This document shows positions 36,564 to 49,180 of a DNA stretch of 64,000 nt, piece by piece (positions within the stretch are counted from its first letter, which is position 1; every line of letters starts with the position of its first letter). The position numbers and the translations under genes were made by a program. The stretch comes from Phycisphaerales bacterium (GTDB lineage: Bacteria; Planctomycetota; Phycisphaerae; Phycisphaerales; UBA1924). Below the pieces are notes generated by a model. It was given only the letters and a program-made list of their open reading frames with translations, was not told the DNA's origin and ran no database searches. The stretch lies in NCBI GenBank assembly GCA_965227775.1, contig OZ245777.1, positions 3,168,001 through 3,232,000 on the forward strand, given 5' to 3'.

Positions 36564-37142
36564 TCAGATATCGTCGCGACGCTCCAGGATCTGCTCGATC
36601 CGGTGCAGCGATGCGCGGATGTCCGTGAGCACCGCCGTCGACTCGGCGGGAATCGCTGCAGTGGCTGGCTCGCCGGCCGAAACCGGTCGCCTGCCGCGTC
36701 CTTCGGACAGCTCATCCCGCTGATCGAGCACGGCCTCTCGGAAGCCGGGCGCATCGACGATGCCGATCAGGCTCACGAGGTGGCCGCCCGGGCCCGAACT
36801 TTGGCCGGCCGTCTCAACCTTGAAGCCGTGCAGACCCATCGCCCGCATGATGGGGCCTTGGATCATCTGCAGGTCGGTGATCTTCTCGAGTGGGATCGTG
36901 CTCTCGACGCGGTTCAGCCAACCCTTGCGAATCTCCAGCGTGCGCTCGGTCAGCGTGCAACTCATCCGCTCGATGTACTTGTCGATCAGGACCTTGCCCA
37001 CGAGCAGGTATACGACCGCGAGGGGGATCGTCACGATGCACACCACCAAGACGATGGTGCCGCTGATGAGGTGGTAGGTCGAGAGCTTCGGATCGAAGCT
37101 CGCCTCACGAAGGACCTTGTGCCGGCGTGTTGGCTCGCTCAT
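36564..37142 (-). CDS. Bacterial PH-domain (bPH_2) membrane protein
   Basis: TM hairpin followed by LEIRKGWL...IPLEKITDL...QGPIMR...VETAG. Confidence 0.8.
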   Translation of the reverse strand: MSEPTRRHKVLREASFDPKLSTYHLISGTIVLVVCIVTIPLAVVYLLVGKVLIDKYIERMSCTLTERTLEIRKGWLNRVESTIPLEKITDLQMIQGPIMRAMGLHGFKVETAGQSSGPGGHLVSLIGIVDAPGFREAVLDQRDELSEGRGRRPVSAGEPATAAIPAESTAVLTDIRASLHRIEQILERRDDI

Positions 37143-37187
37143 GCCCGAGCATAGGGCAATCCCGACGCGATCCGCATCACAAACTGA

Positions 37188-38558
37188 TCAGCTCGGCTGG
37201 ACGGTGCCCTGGATCGGCCGATCCTCGCGAGCCATCGGGTGCGACGGCGCCGCCGTCACATGCTCGCCGGGCAATGGGTTGAACCGCGAGCCGAGCATCT
37301 GGATCTTGCGGTTGGGGTTGTACGACGGCAGGCGGCCGACCACGAACCACAGGGCCGCGATCAGGACCAGGTTGCCGCCGAACATCATCACCGGGTGGGC
37401 CCAGCCCTGGGGGATGCCGAAGTAGACCGCCACCGACGTGAGCACGAGCACGACCAGGGCGAGCGGGATCATGCCCTGCCACGCCGAGCTCATGACCTGG
37501 TCGTACCGCAGCCGCGGGACCGTCCACCGCACCAGCATGATCAGGAACACCAGGGCCCCGACCTTGGCGAAGTAGATGCCCAGCTTCGCCAGCACGCCCA
37601 TCAGCGTGGCATTACTACTTGCCAGCCAGTGGTTCTCACCAAATATCGGCGACAGCGGGAAGTGGAAACCGCCCAGGAAGAGCAGGGCGAAGAACGCCGC
37701 ACTGACCGCCACGTGGCTGTACTCGGCCAGGAAGAACAGGGCAAACCGCATCGAGTTGTACTCGGTGTGATAGCCGCCAACCAGCTCGCTCTCGGCCTCG
37801 GCATTGTCAAACGGCGTGCGGTTGGCCTCGGCCAGCATTGCGATGAAGAAGATCAGGGCCGCGATGGGCTGGCTGGCGATGAGCCAGCCGTTGGTCTCCT
37901 GGTAGCGGATGATGTCCATCGGCAGCAAGCTACCCACCATCACCAGCACGCACAGCAGGCTGATGCCCAGGGGCAGCTCGTAGGCCAGCATCTGGGCCGT
38001 CGCACGGAGGCCGCCCAGGAACGAGTACTTGTTGTTGCTGGCCCAGCCACCCAGGGTGATGCCGTACACGCCCAGCGAGGCGATGGCGATCATGTAGATC
38101 ACCCCGACATTCACGGGCAGGGCGGCGATCTGCACCACGCCGCCCTCGACTGGCAGGTTCAGGAAGGGGATCGTGAAGCTCGGGCACTCCCACAGCCCGC
38201 CCCAGGGGATGATCGCAAAGCCGATGAGGGCCGGGATGACCACGATGCCCGGGGCCAGCGTGAACAACACCTTGTCCACCTTGCCGGGGGTGTAATCCTC
38301 CTTCAGCATGAACTTGATGCCGTCGGCCAGCGGCTGGCCCAGCCCGAGCAGCCGGGGACCCTTCAGGAACTTCAGGAAGGGCAACCCCAGGTCGAAGCCC
38401 GTGCGATTGGGCCCGATGCGGTCCTGGATGTAGGCCGAAATCTTCCGCTCGGCGTACGTGAAGTACCCCGCCCCGGCCAGCAGCACGTGGACCATGACGG
38501 CGTACACCATGACGCTGACGATGAGCTGGGCGGAGATGAAGGATAGAAGGTCTGCCAT
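37188..38558 (-). CDS. nuoH: NADH-quinone oxidoreductase subunit H
   Basis: ERKISAYIQDRIGPNR, QPLADGIK, GWASNNKYSFLGGLR, EANRTPFD, EAESELVGGYHTEY and PRLRYDQ. Confidence 0.95.
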   Translation of the reverse strand: MADLLSFISAQLIVSVMVYAVMVHVLLAGAGYFTYAERKISAYIQDRIGPNRTGFDLGLPFLKFLKGPRLLGLGQPLADGIKFMLKEDYTPGKVDKVLFTLAPGIVVIPALIGFAIIPWGGLWECPSFTIPFLNLPVEGGVVQIAALPVNVGVIYMIAIASLGVYGITLGGWASNNKYSFLGGLRATAQMLAYELPLGISLLCVLVMVGSLLPMDIIRYQETNGWLIASQPIAALIFFIAMLAEANRTPFDNAEAESELVGGYHTEYNSMRFALFFLAEYSHVAVSAAFFALLFLGGFHFPLSPIFGENHWLASSNATLMGVLAKLGIYFAKVGALVFLIMLVRWTVPRLRYDQVMSSAWQGMIPLALVVLVLTSVAVYFGIPQGWAHPVMMFGGNLVLIAALWFVVGRLPSYNPNRKIQMLGSRFNPLPGEHVTAAPSHPMAREDRPIQGTVQPS

Positions 38559-38674
38559 GAGGGGCGATGGTAGACGGCTGCTTGGAGTCAGACCCGGTCC
38601 ATCGCCATCACAGCTGGACCGCATCGCATAAGCTTGAGGAGCGTTTCTGGACCGAACTCCATCGGAGGCGAGCC

Positions 38675-39523
38675 ATGCCAACCACTAGCACCGATCGCAT
38701 GTCGTGGATCAGCTCTTATCCGCGATCTGGCAACACGTGGGTGCGGTTCCTGATTGTGAACTGTCTCGTCGACCACCAGTTTGACTGGGACTCGGCCATG
38801 AATGCGTTCGCTTTCGAACTTTACTACTACCTGGAGCGGATGCGAGTCGATGGCTGGACCAAGCAAGACGTCATCGACAAGCTGAAACAAGTAGTCCGGG
38901 ACCAGCCCACTGCCGGACGATTTGGCGACACAGTGTACATGAAATCACACAACAGGTGGAGTCCGGACCACCCGTTTGCTGAGTACACAGACCGAGCGGT
39001 ATTGATTGTTCGCAATCCGCGAGATGTTCTGCTCAGCGGAGCCAACTACCACAACCTCATGGTGGATCCAAACACGTCCGCCGTGGAGTATGCCCGCGAG
39101 TTCATCAAGCATGGCGGCGATCCCAGATGGATCCGCAATGGCTACGGCACTTGGTTCGAGCACTATCAGTCCTGGACTCAAGCCGATATCCCCGTGCTTG
39201 TCGTGCGATATGAGGACCTTCGATCAGATCCCATCAAGCCACTATTGTCAATCTGCGCGTTTCTTGGCTTCGACGTGAGTGAAGCCGATGCTGCCCGTGC
39301 AGCCGAGCGCACTCAGATCGCCAAGCTTCGGGACGTCGAGAACACGGCTCGCGAAGCAGGCCGGATCCGCAACTTCAATGACGGTTTCAACTTTTTCAAC
39401 AAGGGCAGGACTGGTCAGTCACTTGACGACCTAGCGCCCGGCCTCGACGAGGAATTCGATCGCGTGTTCGCAGAGCAGATGGCTGCGGTCGATTATCAGC
39501 CCCTCAGCAACTTGCCTCGCTAG
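38675..39523 (+). CDS. PAPS-dependent sulfotransferase (Sulfotransfer_1)
   Basis: 5'-PSB motif SSYPRSGNTW, KSH, 3'-PB motif VRNPRDVLLS and RYEDL. Confidence 0.9.
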   Translation: MPTTSTDRMSWISSYPRSGNTWVRFLIVNCLVDHQFDWDSAMNAFAFELYYYLERMRVDGWTKQDVIDKLKQVVRDQPTAGRFGDTVYMKSHNRWSPDHPFAEYTDRAVLIVRNPRDVLLSGANYHNLMVDPNTSAVEYAREFIKHGGDPRWIRNGYGTWFEHYQSWTQADIPVLVVRYEDLRSDPIKPLLSICAFLGFDVSEADAARAAERTQIAKLRDVENTAREAGRIRNFNDGFNFFNKGRTGQSLDDLAPGLDEEFDRVFAEQMAAVDYQPLSNLPR

Positions 39524-40300
39524 AAGAGCTGATGTTCATTGACCAGTTACGAATCCGATAGTCGGGAACAGAAAAGCTCTTCGGCCAAAGCGTAAAGGAC
39601 ATGGTCGAGTTGGTTGAGGTCGCGAATTGCAGCGATATCAGTTTTGTCGTGCCATTCGACTCCCGGTCGATTCTCAGACACGTTAGCTCGTGTGATCTTG
39701 GATGGATCCCAACCAAATGTGCGACGAAGTTCGTTCAGGCCCGCATCCATCTGCTCGACCACTCCTACGAATCCACTCTCGTGAATGCACCGCAGGTTGT
39801 TGCACGCGACTTCCAGCATCTCTTCCGTGACTTGTCCGAATGGGATCACCTTATGCTTCGGCTGCGGATTCAGCATGCGAACCTGTAGGTTATCAAACTC
39901 AACGCAATTAGTGCGCTCTATAGCCTGAGCGACCGTCGATTCCATGTTGAATCCATGATTGTGCAAGTAGTGATCCGGCATTCTCCGGACGTAGTGAAAG
40001 AACGAGAGCACGCGATCAACCGGCTCCCGCAAGAACGTCAAGTACGTGGCACCGGGCCGCAGATACTCGTGGTTTCCAAAGTACTGGTGACCAAGCAACA
40101 GGTCGACTGAGTGCCGAGCGTTTTCTGGCTGGGCTTGCCACTCCTTTAGTTTCGGAATGTAGCCCTCAAGATAGACCACATTTGCTTCAGGGTGTTGGGC
40201 TCGGAGGTATCGCCGGATCGAAGTCCCACCAGCTTTATACATGTGCAAAAAAATGAGCGGCAAGTTGTCAGTACCAGGACCAACTACGCTCGGCTCTGTT

Positions 40301-42782
<2,482 letters not shown>

Positions 42783-42814
42783 GCCGGTCGCGGCGTGGGT
42801 GGCCCGAAAGCTGC

Positions 42815-43303
42815 TCAGAGCTTGGGCGCGTCCTCGTCGTCATCATCGAAGTCGAAGTCCGAGAACAGATCTTCGTCCTCGTCATCCATGATCGAGCCCT
42901 GGCCGACCTGCTTCGACGCTTGCGGCTGGCCGCCACTCTGCGCGGCCGGTTGCTCCAGCTCGCTGGGCGTGCCCTTCTCGATGGCGGTCTCGTTATCGAT
43001 GCTCGCCGGGTCGCCGTTCACGCGGAGCACCATGAAGGCCGGACCGACCTTCATGACGTCACCAGGCGACATCTCGGCCTCTTCGATCTGCATGCCGTTG
43101 ATGTAGGTGCCGTTGCTCGAGCCGAGGTCTTCAACGGAAAGACCTCCGCTGTCGTTGGGTTCCACACGGCAATGCTCGCGAGAAACCTCGGCCACCGGAA
43201 CGCGGAGATCGCAGTCTTCTTCTCGGCCGATGATGCGGGCGCGGGAGACTGCAAACGACCGCTGCTCACCGTCTGACGTAACGAGCACGAGTTCGATCGA
43301 CAC
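42815..43303 (-). CDS. FHA domain protein with acidic tail
   Basis: IIGR...VSREHC...DLGSSNGTYING. GGGAG RBS before GTG 43303. Confidence 0.88.
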   Translation of the reverse strand: MSIELVLVTSDGEQRSFAVSRARIIGREEDCDLRVPVAEVSREHCRVEPNDSGGLSVEDLGSSNGTYINGMQIEEAEMSPGDVMKVGPAFMVLRVNGDPASIDNETAIEKGTPSELEQPAAQSGGQPQASKQVGQGSIMDDEDEDLFSDFDFDDDDEDAPKL

Positions 43304-43385
43304 GGCGTACACTCCCGCTTGCGGCCACGCCTTCGGGCCCGAGCCTGTTGCGACCGGCCCCAAGGCGGGGCTGGAACAAATGCGT

Positions 43386-44621
43386 ATGGCCCGACGCCGG
43401 GCCATTCTCCGGGTAACAGAAGTGGACCGTACCCCCATCACCGTCGCGGGGCAACGCCAGAGCGTGGCCCATCCGCTGCAATCTTTGCGAACCGATGGTG
43501 TGTCCGCCGGACCCGTCCAGGTACTGTACATCCATGTGCCGTTCTGCTTCCACAAGTGCCACTACTGCGACTTCTACAGCATCGTGGACACCCGTGACCG
43601 GCAGGAGCCGTTCACCGACCGGCTGATCGCCGAGCTTGCCCACATCGCCCCGCTCGCCGGCCCGCTCACCAGCATCTTTGTCGGCGGCGGGACGCCCACG
43701 CTGCTGCGGCCCGACCTCTGGTCGCGCCTCCTCGCGGCACTGCACGAGCGGTTCGACCTGCAAGGGGCCGAATTCACTGTGGAGTGCAACCCGGAGACGG
43801 CTTCGGCGGAGCTGTTTTCCACGCTTGCGGCGGGCGGCGTCAACCGCATCAGCATCGGGGCCCAGTCGTTTAATCCCGCGCACCTCAAGACGCTGGAGCG
43901 ATGGCACGATCCGGCAAACGTCGGCAGGGCGGTCGAGCTCGCGCGGAGCGCCGGCATCGCGCGCCAATCGGTGGACCTGATCTTCGGCATCCCGGGGCAG
44001 ACGCTCGCCGAGTGGGAAGCCGACCTCAAAGAGGCGGTCATGTTCGGCGTGGAACATCTCAGCTGTTATGCGCTGACCTACGAGCCCAATACCGCGATGA
44101 CCGCACGGATGGAGCGGGGGCAGTTCGAGCCGGCAGACGAAGATCTCGAAGCCGACATGCTGCAGCTCACGCTCGACAGGCTTCGCGCGCACGGGTATGA
44201 CCGCTACGAGGTGAGCAACTACGCCAAGCCGGGCGCCGGGTGCCGGCACAACCTGGCGTACTGGCGTCAGGACCAGTGGCTCGCCGCGGGACCCTCGGCC
44301 AGCGGGCACGTGGCTGGCTGGCGATGGAAGAACGTGCCGCGGCTCGACTCGTACATCGGAGCGCCGGGCACACGAGGCGTACCCCCAGCAATCGACGTCG
44401 AATCGCCGGACGCGGTACGGGCGATGGCCGAGAGAATCATGACGGGCCTGCGCTTGCGCGAGGGCATCAGTGCGAGTGGACTGCCCGAGGCGTTGCACGC
44501 GGAGGCGCTGCGGCAGCACAAACTCGGTAACCTCGATATCGATGGTGATCGCTGGCAGCTGACCGACTGCGGCATGATGCTGGCCGACGGGATCGCGGCC
44601 GAGTTCATGGGGCTTCTTTAA
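43386..44621 (+). CDS. hemW: Radical SAM heme chaperone HemW (HemN-like)
   Basis: YIHVPFCFHKCHYCDF, FVGGGTPT, YEVSNYA and HNLAYW. Start codon uncertain. Confidence 0.88.
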   Translation: MARRRAILRVTEVDRTPITVAGQRQSVAHPLQSLRTDGVSAGPVQVLYIHVPFCFHKCHYCDFYSIVDTRDRQEPFTDRLIAELAHIAPLAGPLTSIFVGGGTPTLLRPDLWSRLLAALHERFDLQGAEFTVECNPETASAELFSTLAAGGVNRISIGAQSFNPAHLKTLERWHDPANVGRAVELARSAGIARQSVDLIFGIPGQTLAEWEADLKEAVMFGVEHLSCYALTYEPNTAMTARMERGQFEPADEDLEADMLQLTLDRLRAHGYDRYEVSNYAKPGAGCRHNLAYWRQDQWLAAGPSASGHVAGWRWKNVPRLDSYIGAPGTRGVPPAIDVESPDAVRAMAERIMTGLRLREGISASGLPEALHAEALRQHKLGNLDIDGDRWQLTDCGMMLADGIAAEFMGLL

Positions 44622-44631
44622 GCATGCTGGG

Positions 44632-45375
44632 CTAGGCGTTCTGGCTCGGGACGCCGGGTTTGCTTAGACCGATGCGTTTGAGCGTGGCGATGAAGTCCCG
44701 TGGCAGAGGAGCCCGCACATCGACCTGCTTGCCGGTCATCGGATGGGTGAACGCGAGGCGATGGGCGTGCAGCATCATCCGGCTGGCGGCATCGGCCACG
44801 GTCGGATTCGCATACAGGTCGTCACCCAGGATCGCGCAGCCAATAGAAGCCAAGTGCACGCGGACCTGGTGCAGTCGGCCCGTGATGGCGCGGCACTCGA
44901 GCAGGGCGGCGGCGGGATTCTGTTCGACGAGCCGGTAGGCCGTGAGCGCGGGCTTGCCACTGCTGGCGATGCGCGCGAGTTTCTTGTCCTTCTGTTCTTC
45001 AAGGATCGGACGGTTGATCGTTCCCGTCGGCAGCTTGGCGGGTGCACGGCGGGTAATCGCGTAATAGAACTTGGCCAATTCTCGCTTGCGGAAGAGGTCC
45101 GCCAGTGCGTCGTAGCTCTCGGTCGAGAGGGCCACCAAGAGCAGCCCGCTTGTGGGCTTGTCGAGGCGATGCATCATGCCGAACTCTCGCGCCTTGCCGA
45201 CGTTTTGGAGCTTTGCACCGAATTGGGTGAACAGTCCGTTCAGCAGCGTGTCGCTGGCGTGGGCCTTGCCGGGCACCGTTGCGAGGCGCGCTTTCTTGTC
45301 GACGACCAGCAGGTGCTCGTCTTCGTAGCGGACGTTGAAGGTCACGCGCTCGTTGGGCTCGATCGAGAGATTCAT
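44632..45375 (-). CDS. RluA-family pseudouridine synthase
   Basis: HRLDKPTSGLL, TGRLHQVRVH, ILGDDLY and LHAHRL. Confidence 0.92.
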   Translation of the reverse strand: MNLSIEPNERVTFNVRYEDEHLLVVDKKARLATVPGKAHASDTLLNGLFTQFGAKLQNVGKAREFGMMHRLDKPTSGLLLVALSTESYDALADLFRKRELAKFYYAITRRAPAKLPTGTINRPILEEQKDKKLARIASSGKPALTAYRLVEQNPAAALLECRAITGRLHQVRVHLASIGCAILGDDLYANPTVADAASRMMLHAHRLAFTHPMTGKQVDVRAPLPRDFIATLKRIGLSKPGVPSQNA

Positions 45376-45378
45376 GGG

Positions 45379-46179
45379 CTACCAATCTTCTTTCGGACTG
45401 GCGTCGTGATCGATGTACCAGCGTGTGTGTCCGCCGAGGAGTTCGGGCACGGGCGAGCGTTGACCGGCGGCGATCGCTTCGAGGGCGCCCCTCACCTGCT
45501 TGCCGACCGCGAGCACGCCCATGAATCGACTGCCCGAGAGCATGCGTTCGGTGAGGGTGACAGACTGGTCGGGCAATCGAACGACCAGGCGGTCTTCGCC
45601 GCCGGCGTGCTCGGGGTCGAGCCTCCCGGCTATGCCGTTCTCGCTGAGACCCAGCACGGCCATGTCGAGCCGGTCGTGGCCGGTGGGCCGAGCGCCCAGG
45701 TGCTTCTGGATCTGGCGCTCGTACTCGGTATCGGCGGCGGGCCTGAACGCCGAGATGCCGTGGACCTGATCCCTCGGGATTCCCGAGTGCCCGATGATGA
45801 GGTCTCGCAACACCCCGTACACGCTCTGCGGCTGGTCGTGGGCGACCGGGGCCTCGTCGATGGTCCAGACGTGGGTGTCCCGCCACGGCAAGGACCGGTA
45901 GGCCGGGTCGGTCATGAGCTCTCGGCACAGCCGCTCGAGCAGGTTCAGCGTGTCACCGCCGGAAACGGCCAGGTGGAAGCTACCAAATTCTCGCACGCAG
46001 GCCGTGGCCTGGAGCGTGAGGTCGCTGGCGAGGGAGGCGAGCGCCTCTTCGACCGAGGGCTCGAAAGCGACCGTGTCGCGCAGCGGCGGCGGCGGCGGGT
46101 CCTTCTCGAGTTCGATGGGCGGGAGTTCCACGGGTGCATTGTCGGCCGGCTGGACCCATAAGGCCACATACCGCCACAT
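45379..46179 (-). CDS. 6-phosphogluconolactonase-fold protein (divergent)
   Basis: FHLAVSGG, LPWRDTHVWTIDE, YERQI and LDMAVLGL. The canonical DGH motif is missing. Start uncertain. Confidence 0.7.
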   Translation of the reverse strand: MWRYVALWVQPADNAPVELPPIELEKDPPPPPLRDTVAFEPSVEEALASLASDLTLQATACVREFGSFHLAVSGGDTLNLLERLCRELMTDPAYRSLPWRDTHVWTIDEAPVAHDQPQSVYGVLRDLIIGHSGIPRDQVHGISAFRPAADTEYERQIQKHLGARPTGHDRLDMAVLGLSENGIAGRLDPEHAGGEDRLVVRLPDQSVTLTERMLSGSRFMGVLAVGKQVRGALEAIAAGQRSPVPELLGGHTRWYIDHDASPKEDW

Positions 46180-46307
46180 TGGACTGCTGGCGATCGGTGA
46201 TTGTCACGCGTGCAACCCGGGCGTTGTAGACTGGTAGGAGAGCGAGCCCTCGGGGAGGGCGTTGCGGCCGGCCCCACCGCCGCCGGCCCCAGGAGCAGCA
46301 TCAAATC

Positions 46308-48026
46308 ATGTCCGTTGACACGCCACGACTCGTCCTGCGGCCCCACGGCTGGCAGGGCCGGACACACACCCTTGACGGCCGCGAAGTCACGATCGGGCGG
46401 CATCCGTCCAACACGGTGCGCCTGGCCGACGAGAAGGCCAGCCGTCACCATTGCGCCGTGCGGACCGACGTGACCGGCCGTTATCTGGTCGTCGACCTGG
46501 ACTCTCGCAATGGCACGCGAGTGAACGAGGTGAAGGTGCAGCAGTCGTACCTCGACGAGGGCGACGTCATCCGCGTGGGCGGGCATGAGTTCCTGATCGA
46601 GTTGACACAGGGCGAGACCGAAGGCGTCGAGGATGCCGGTGACTCCTCGACGGCGACTGCCGTGCGAACCAGCCGCAGGAAGAAGGGCTCCACGACGTCG
46701 GCCACCAAGTCGGCCTGGGCAAACGAGATCCGCCGGACAATCGAGAACCTGCCGCCGGCGGGCAAGATGGCATCCGATCTGTCGATCTTGAACGCGTCTG
46801 GAGAGCGATCGAGCGCGTTGCAGGGTGAGAGCCCGGGGCCGGTGGCGGTGCGACTCTTGCTCGCGAGCGCCGACAAGAGCCGGGCGACGGACATCCACCT
46901 GGAGCCTCGCGGCGAAACGTACCAGGCCCGGCTTCGCGTGGACGGGCAGATGGTGCCGCTGGCGGAACTGCCCAGTAGCGCGGGCAACCTGGCGTGCAAC
47001 CTGATCAAGACGGCGTGCGAGCTCGAGGTATCGGGCAAGCAGGCGGTGCACGATGGAACGATGTCGGCCGTGTTCGGCGGAGAAGGCGAGGGCGGCAGCG
47101 ACCGGCGCGTGGAGTACCGCGTGAGCTTTACGCCTGCCGTCGGCGGGCAGAAGCTGGTGATGCGCGTGCTCGATGGACGGGGTGTGCCGCACTCGATCGA
47201 CAGCCTGGGCCTCGCGCCGTACATGCAGCCGCGCATTCGAAAAGTCGTGGGCAAGGACGCCGGCATGCTGCTGGTGTGCGGGCCGACGGGTAGTGGCAAG
47301 ACGACGACGCTGCACAACTGCGTGCGCGAGATCGATCGCGAGCGCAAGAACGTCATCACAATCGAAGACCCGGTCGAGTACAAGCTCTCGGGTGTGACGC
47401 AGATCCCCGTCGATGAGAAGCAGGGCCTGGGGTTCAGCGGCCTGTTGCGCAGCGTGCTGCGGCAGGATCCCGATGTGATCCTCGTCGGCGAGATCCGCGA
47501 CGAGGAGACGGCGCGGACGGCGATGCAGGCGGCGATGACCGGTCACCTGGTGTTCTCGACCGTGCACGCGAAGGACACGGTGGCGGCGATCTTCCGGCTG
47601 CTAGACCTGGGGGTGGAGCCCTACCTCGTCGCAAATGCGCTCGACCTGGTGCTCGCCCAGCGGCTTGTGCGGGTGCTGTGCTCGAACTGCCGGCGCGAGG
47701 TGCCGCTGAGCCCTGGGCAGGCCAGCAAGCTGGGCGCCACGCTCAGCAAGCACTCGGGCGCGTCGAGCAAGGCAAATCACGTATACACGCCTACCGGTTG
47801 TGCGCGGTGCCTGCGGACGGGCTTTGTGGGACGGCGCGCGATCTTCGAGTTGCTTGAGTTCAACGACGCCCTACGCGACATCGTGCTGCGGGAACCATCG
47901 ATCCAGGCCATTAAAAAGGTCATCGAGGCGGACCTGTTTACCACGCTGCGGAGCTTCGGTCTCCGGCTGGCGGCGCAGGGCGTGACGAGCCTCGAAGAAG
48001 TCGATCAGGTCGCCGGCGAGGAATGA
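46308..48026 (+). CDS. FHA domain fused to a GspE/PilB-family secretion ATPase
   Basis: FHA motifs IGR...SRHH...SRNGT, then ATDIHLEP, GPTGSGKTTT, TIEDPVEY, LRQDPDVILVGEIRD, TGHLVFSTVH and CxxC...CxxC. Confidence 0.92.
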   Translation: MSVDTPRLVLRPHGWQGRTHTLDGREVTIGRHPSNTVRLADEKASRHHCAVRTDVTGRYLVVDLDSRNGTRVNEVKVQQSYLDEGDVIRVGGHEFLIELTQGETEGVEDAGDSSTATAVRTSRRKKGSTTSATKSAWANEIRRTIENLPPAGKMASDLSILNASGERSSALQGESPGPVAVRLLLASADKSRATDIHLEPRGETYQARLRVDGQMVPLAELPSSAGNLACNLIKTACELEVSGKQAVHDGTMSAVFGGEGEGGSDRRVEYRVSFTPAVGGQKLVMRVLDGRGVPHSIDSLGLAPYMQPRIRKVVGKDAGMLLVCGPTGSGKTTTLHNCVREIDRERKNVITIEDPVEYKLSGVTQIPVDEKQGLGFSGLLRSVLRQDPDVILVGEIRDEETARTAMQAAMTGHLVFSTVHAKDTVAAIFRLLDLGVEPYLVANALDLVLAQRLVRVLCSNCRREVPLSPGQASKLGATLSKHSGASSKANHVYTPTGCARCLRTGFVGRRAIFELLEFNDALRDIVLREPSIQAIKKVIEADLFTTLRSFGLRLAAQGVTSLEEVDQVAGEE

Positions 48027-48032
48027 GCGCCG

Positions 48033-48611
48033 CTAGGCATGCAGTGCTTCCTGCAGTCTTGATTGCAGCGCGGGCACGGCCTTACGAAGGAACCACGGGT
48101 TCCGGGCGAGCCAGCGGTTGTTGCGCGGCGAAGGGTGCGGCAGCACCATCGTTCGCGGTAGCAAGTTCGCATAGTCGCGCGTGGCTTCGGTCAGCGTCGC
48201 GTACCGATTGCCGAGTTCGTGCTCGAACGCGTAGCGGCCGAGCAGGACTGTCAGCTGGATGCGTTTCAGGGAACTGCGCAGCTTGTCGTGCCACGCGGGT
48301 GCGCACTCCGGGCGCGGGGGCAGGTCTCCACCCTTCCCGGTGCCGGGATAGCAGAAGCCCATGGGAACAAGGGCGACCCTCTTCGGGTCGTAGAAGGTCT
48401 CTTCGTCGATTCCCAACCACTCGCGGAGGCGTTGACCGCTGCGGTCATCCCAGGGCACGCCGCTGTCGTGGGCGGCCGAGCCGGGGGCCTGGCCGATGAG
48501 GAGGACTCGCGCGCTGGGGGCCGCCTGCAAGAGTGGCTTCGGGCCGAGCGGCAGGTAATCGGCGCACAGCGTGCATCCTCGTACCTCTTCGAGCAGGACG
48601 TTGAGGCGCAT
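48033..48611 (-). CDS. Uracil-DNA glycosylase-like protein
   Basis: CTLC, IGQAPG, WDDRSGQRLREW, FCYPG and LPHPSPRN. Confidence 0.88.
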   Translation of the reverse strand: MRLNVLLEEVRGCTLCADYLPLGPKPLLQAAPSARVLLIGQAPGSAAHDSGVPWDDRSGQRLREWLGIDEETFYDPKRVALVPMGFCYPGTGKGGDLPPRPECAPAWHDKLRSSLKRIQLTVLLGRYAFEHELGNRYATLTEATRDYANLLPRTMVLPHPSPRNNRWLARNPWFLRKAVPALQSRLQEALHA

Positions 48612-48683
48612 GTGTTTCTCCCTTGCGAGAGGGGCAAAAGCCCCACCGACGCTTTCGCGTGGGAGGGACGTGGCAATTTAAGT

Positions 48684-49180
48684 CTACCGAGCCTGCTTGC
48701 GCTCCCAGTAGCGGTCGGCCTTCGAGCGCAGTCGCGCTCATTGGCGTCGCGCCAGAGGGCGCGGGCGTCGACCTCTTCGTTCTTCAGGAAGAGGTGCGTG
48801 CGTCCGTCGATGACCTCGAAGCTCTTGGGATCGGGCACGAAGTCGGAGTCAACCGAGCAGCCGAACGCGCAGAACCCGCCGTAGGCCGGCAGGTAGCGCT
48901 CGGGTTCGGCCTTGAATGCCTTGGCCTGGCTGGCGTCCGTAAAGAAGTAGGTGACGCCTTCGTGCTGGGCCGCATGAACCGGCGAGCCCGGCTCGGCCTT
49001 GCCCCTGGTCAGGTACGACACGGGGCTGTAGCCGCTCACGCCGAGCGGGATGGTGTGCGCCGGTGAGCGAGCCGGGGTTGTGTCCTGGGATGCTGTCGAG
49101 GACTGGTCGGCAAGGCCAACACCCGCGATGACGGCGGCTCCGGCAACGGCGAGGGTCACGATAACGAGCGAGGTGTTCAT
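48684..49180 (-). pseudogene. Exported YHS-domain protein with a 1-nt frameshift near its 3' end (mutation or sequencing error)
   Basis: Signal peptide, GYSPVSY...TYFF...F...PERYLPAYGGFCAFG. Adding one base at about 48731 restores ERDLRSKADRYWERKQAR and a stop at 48684. Confidence 0.75.
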
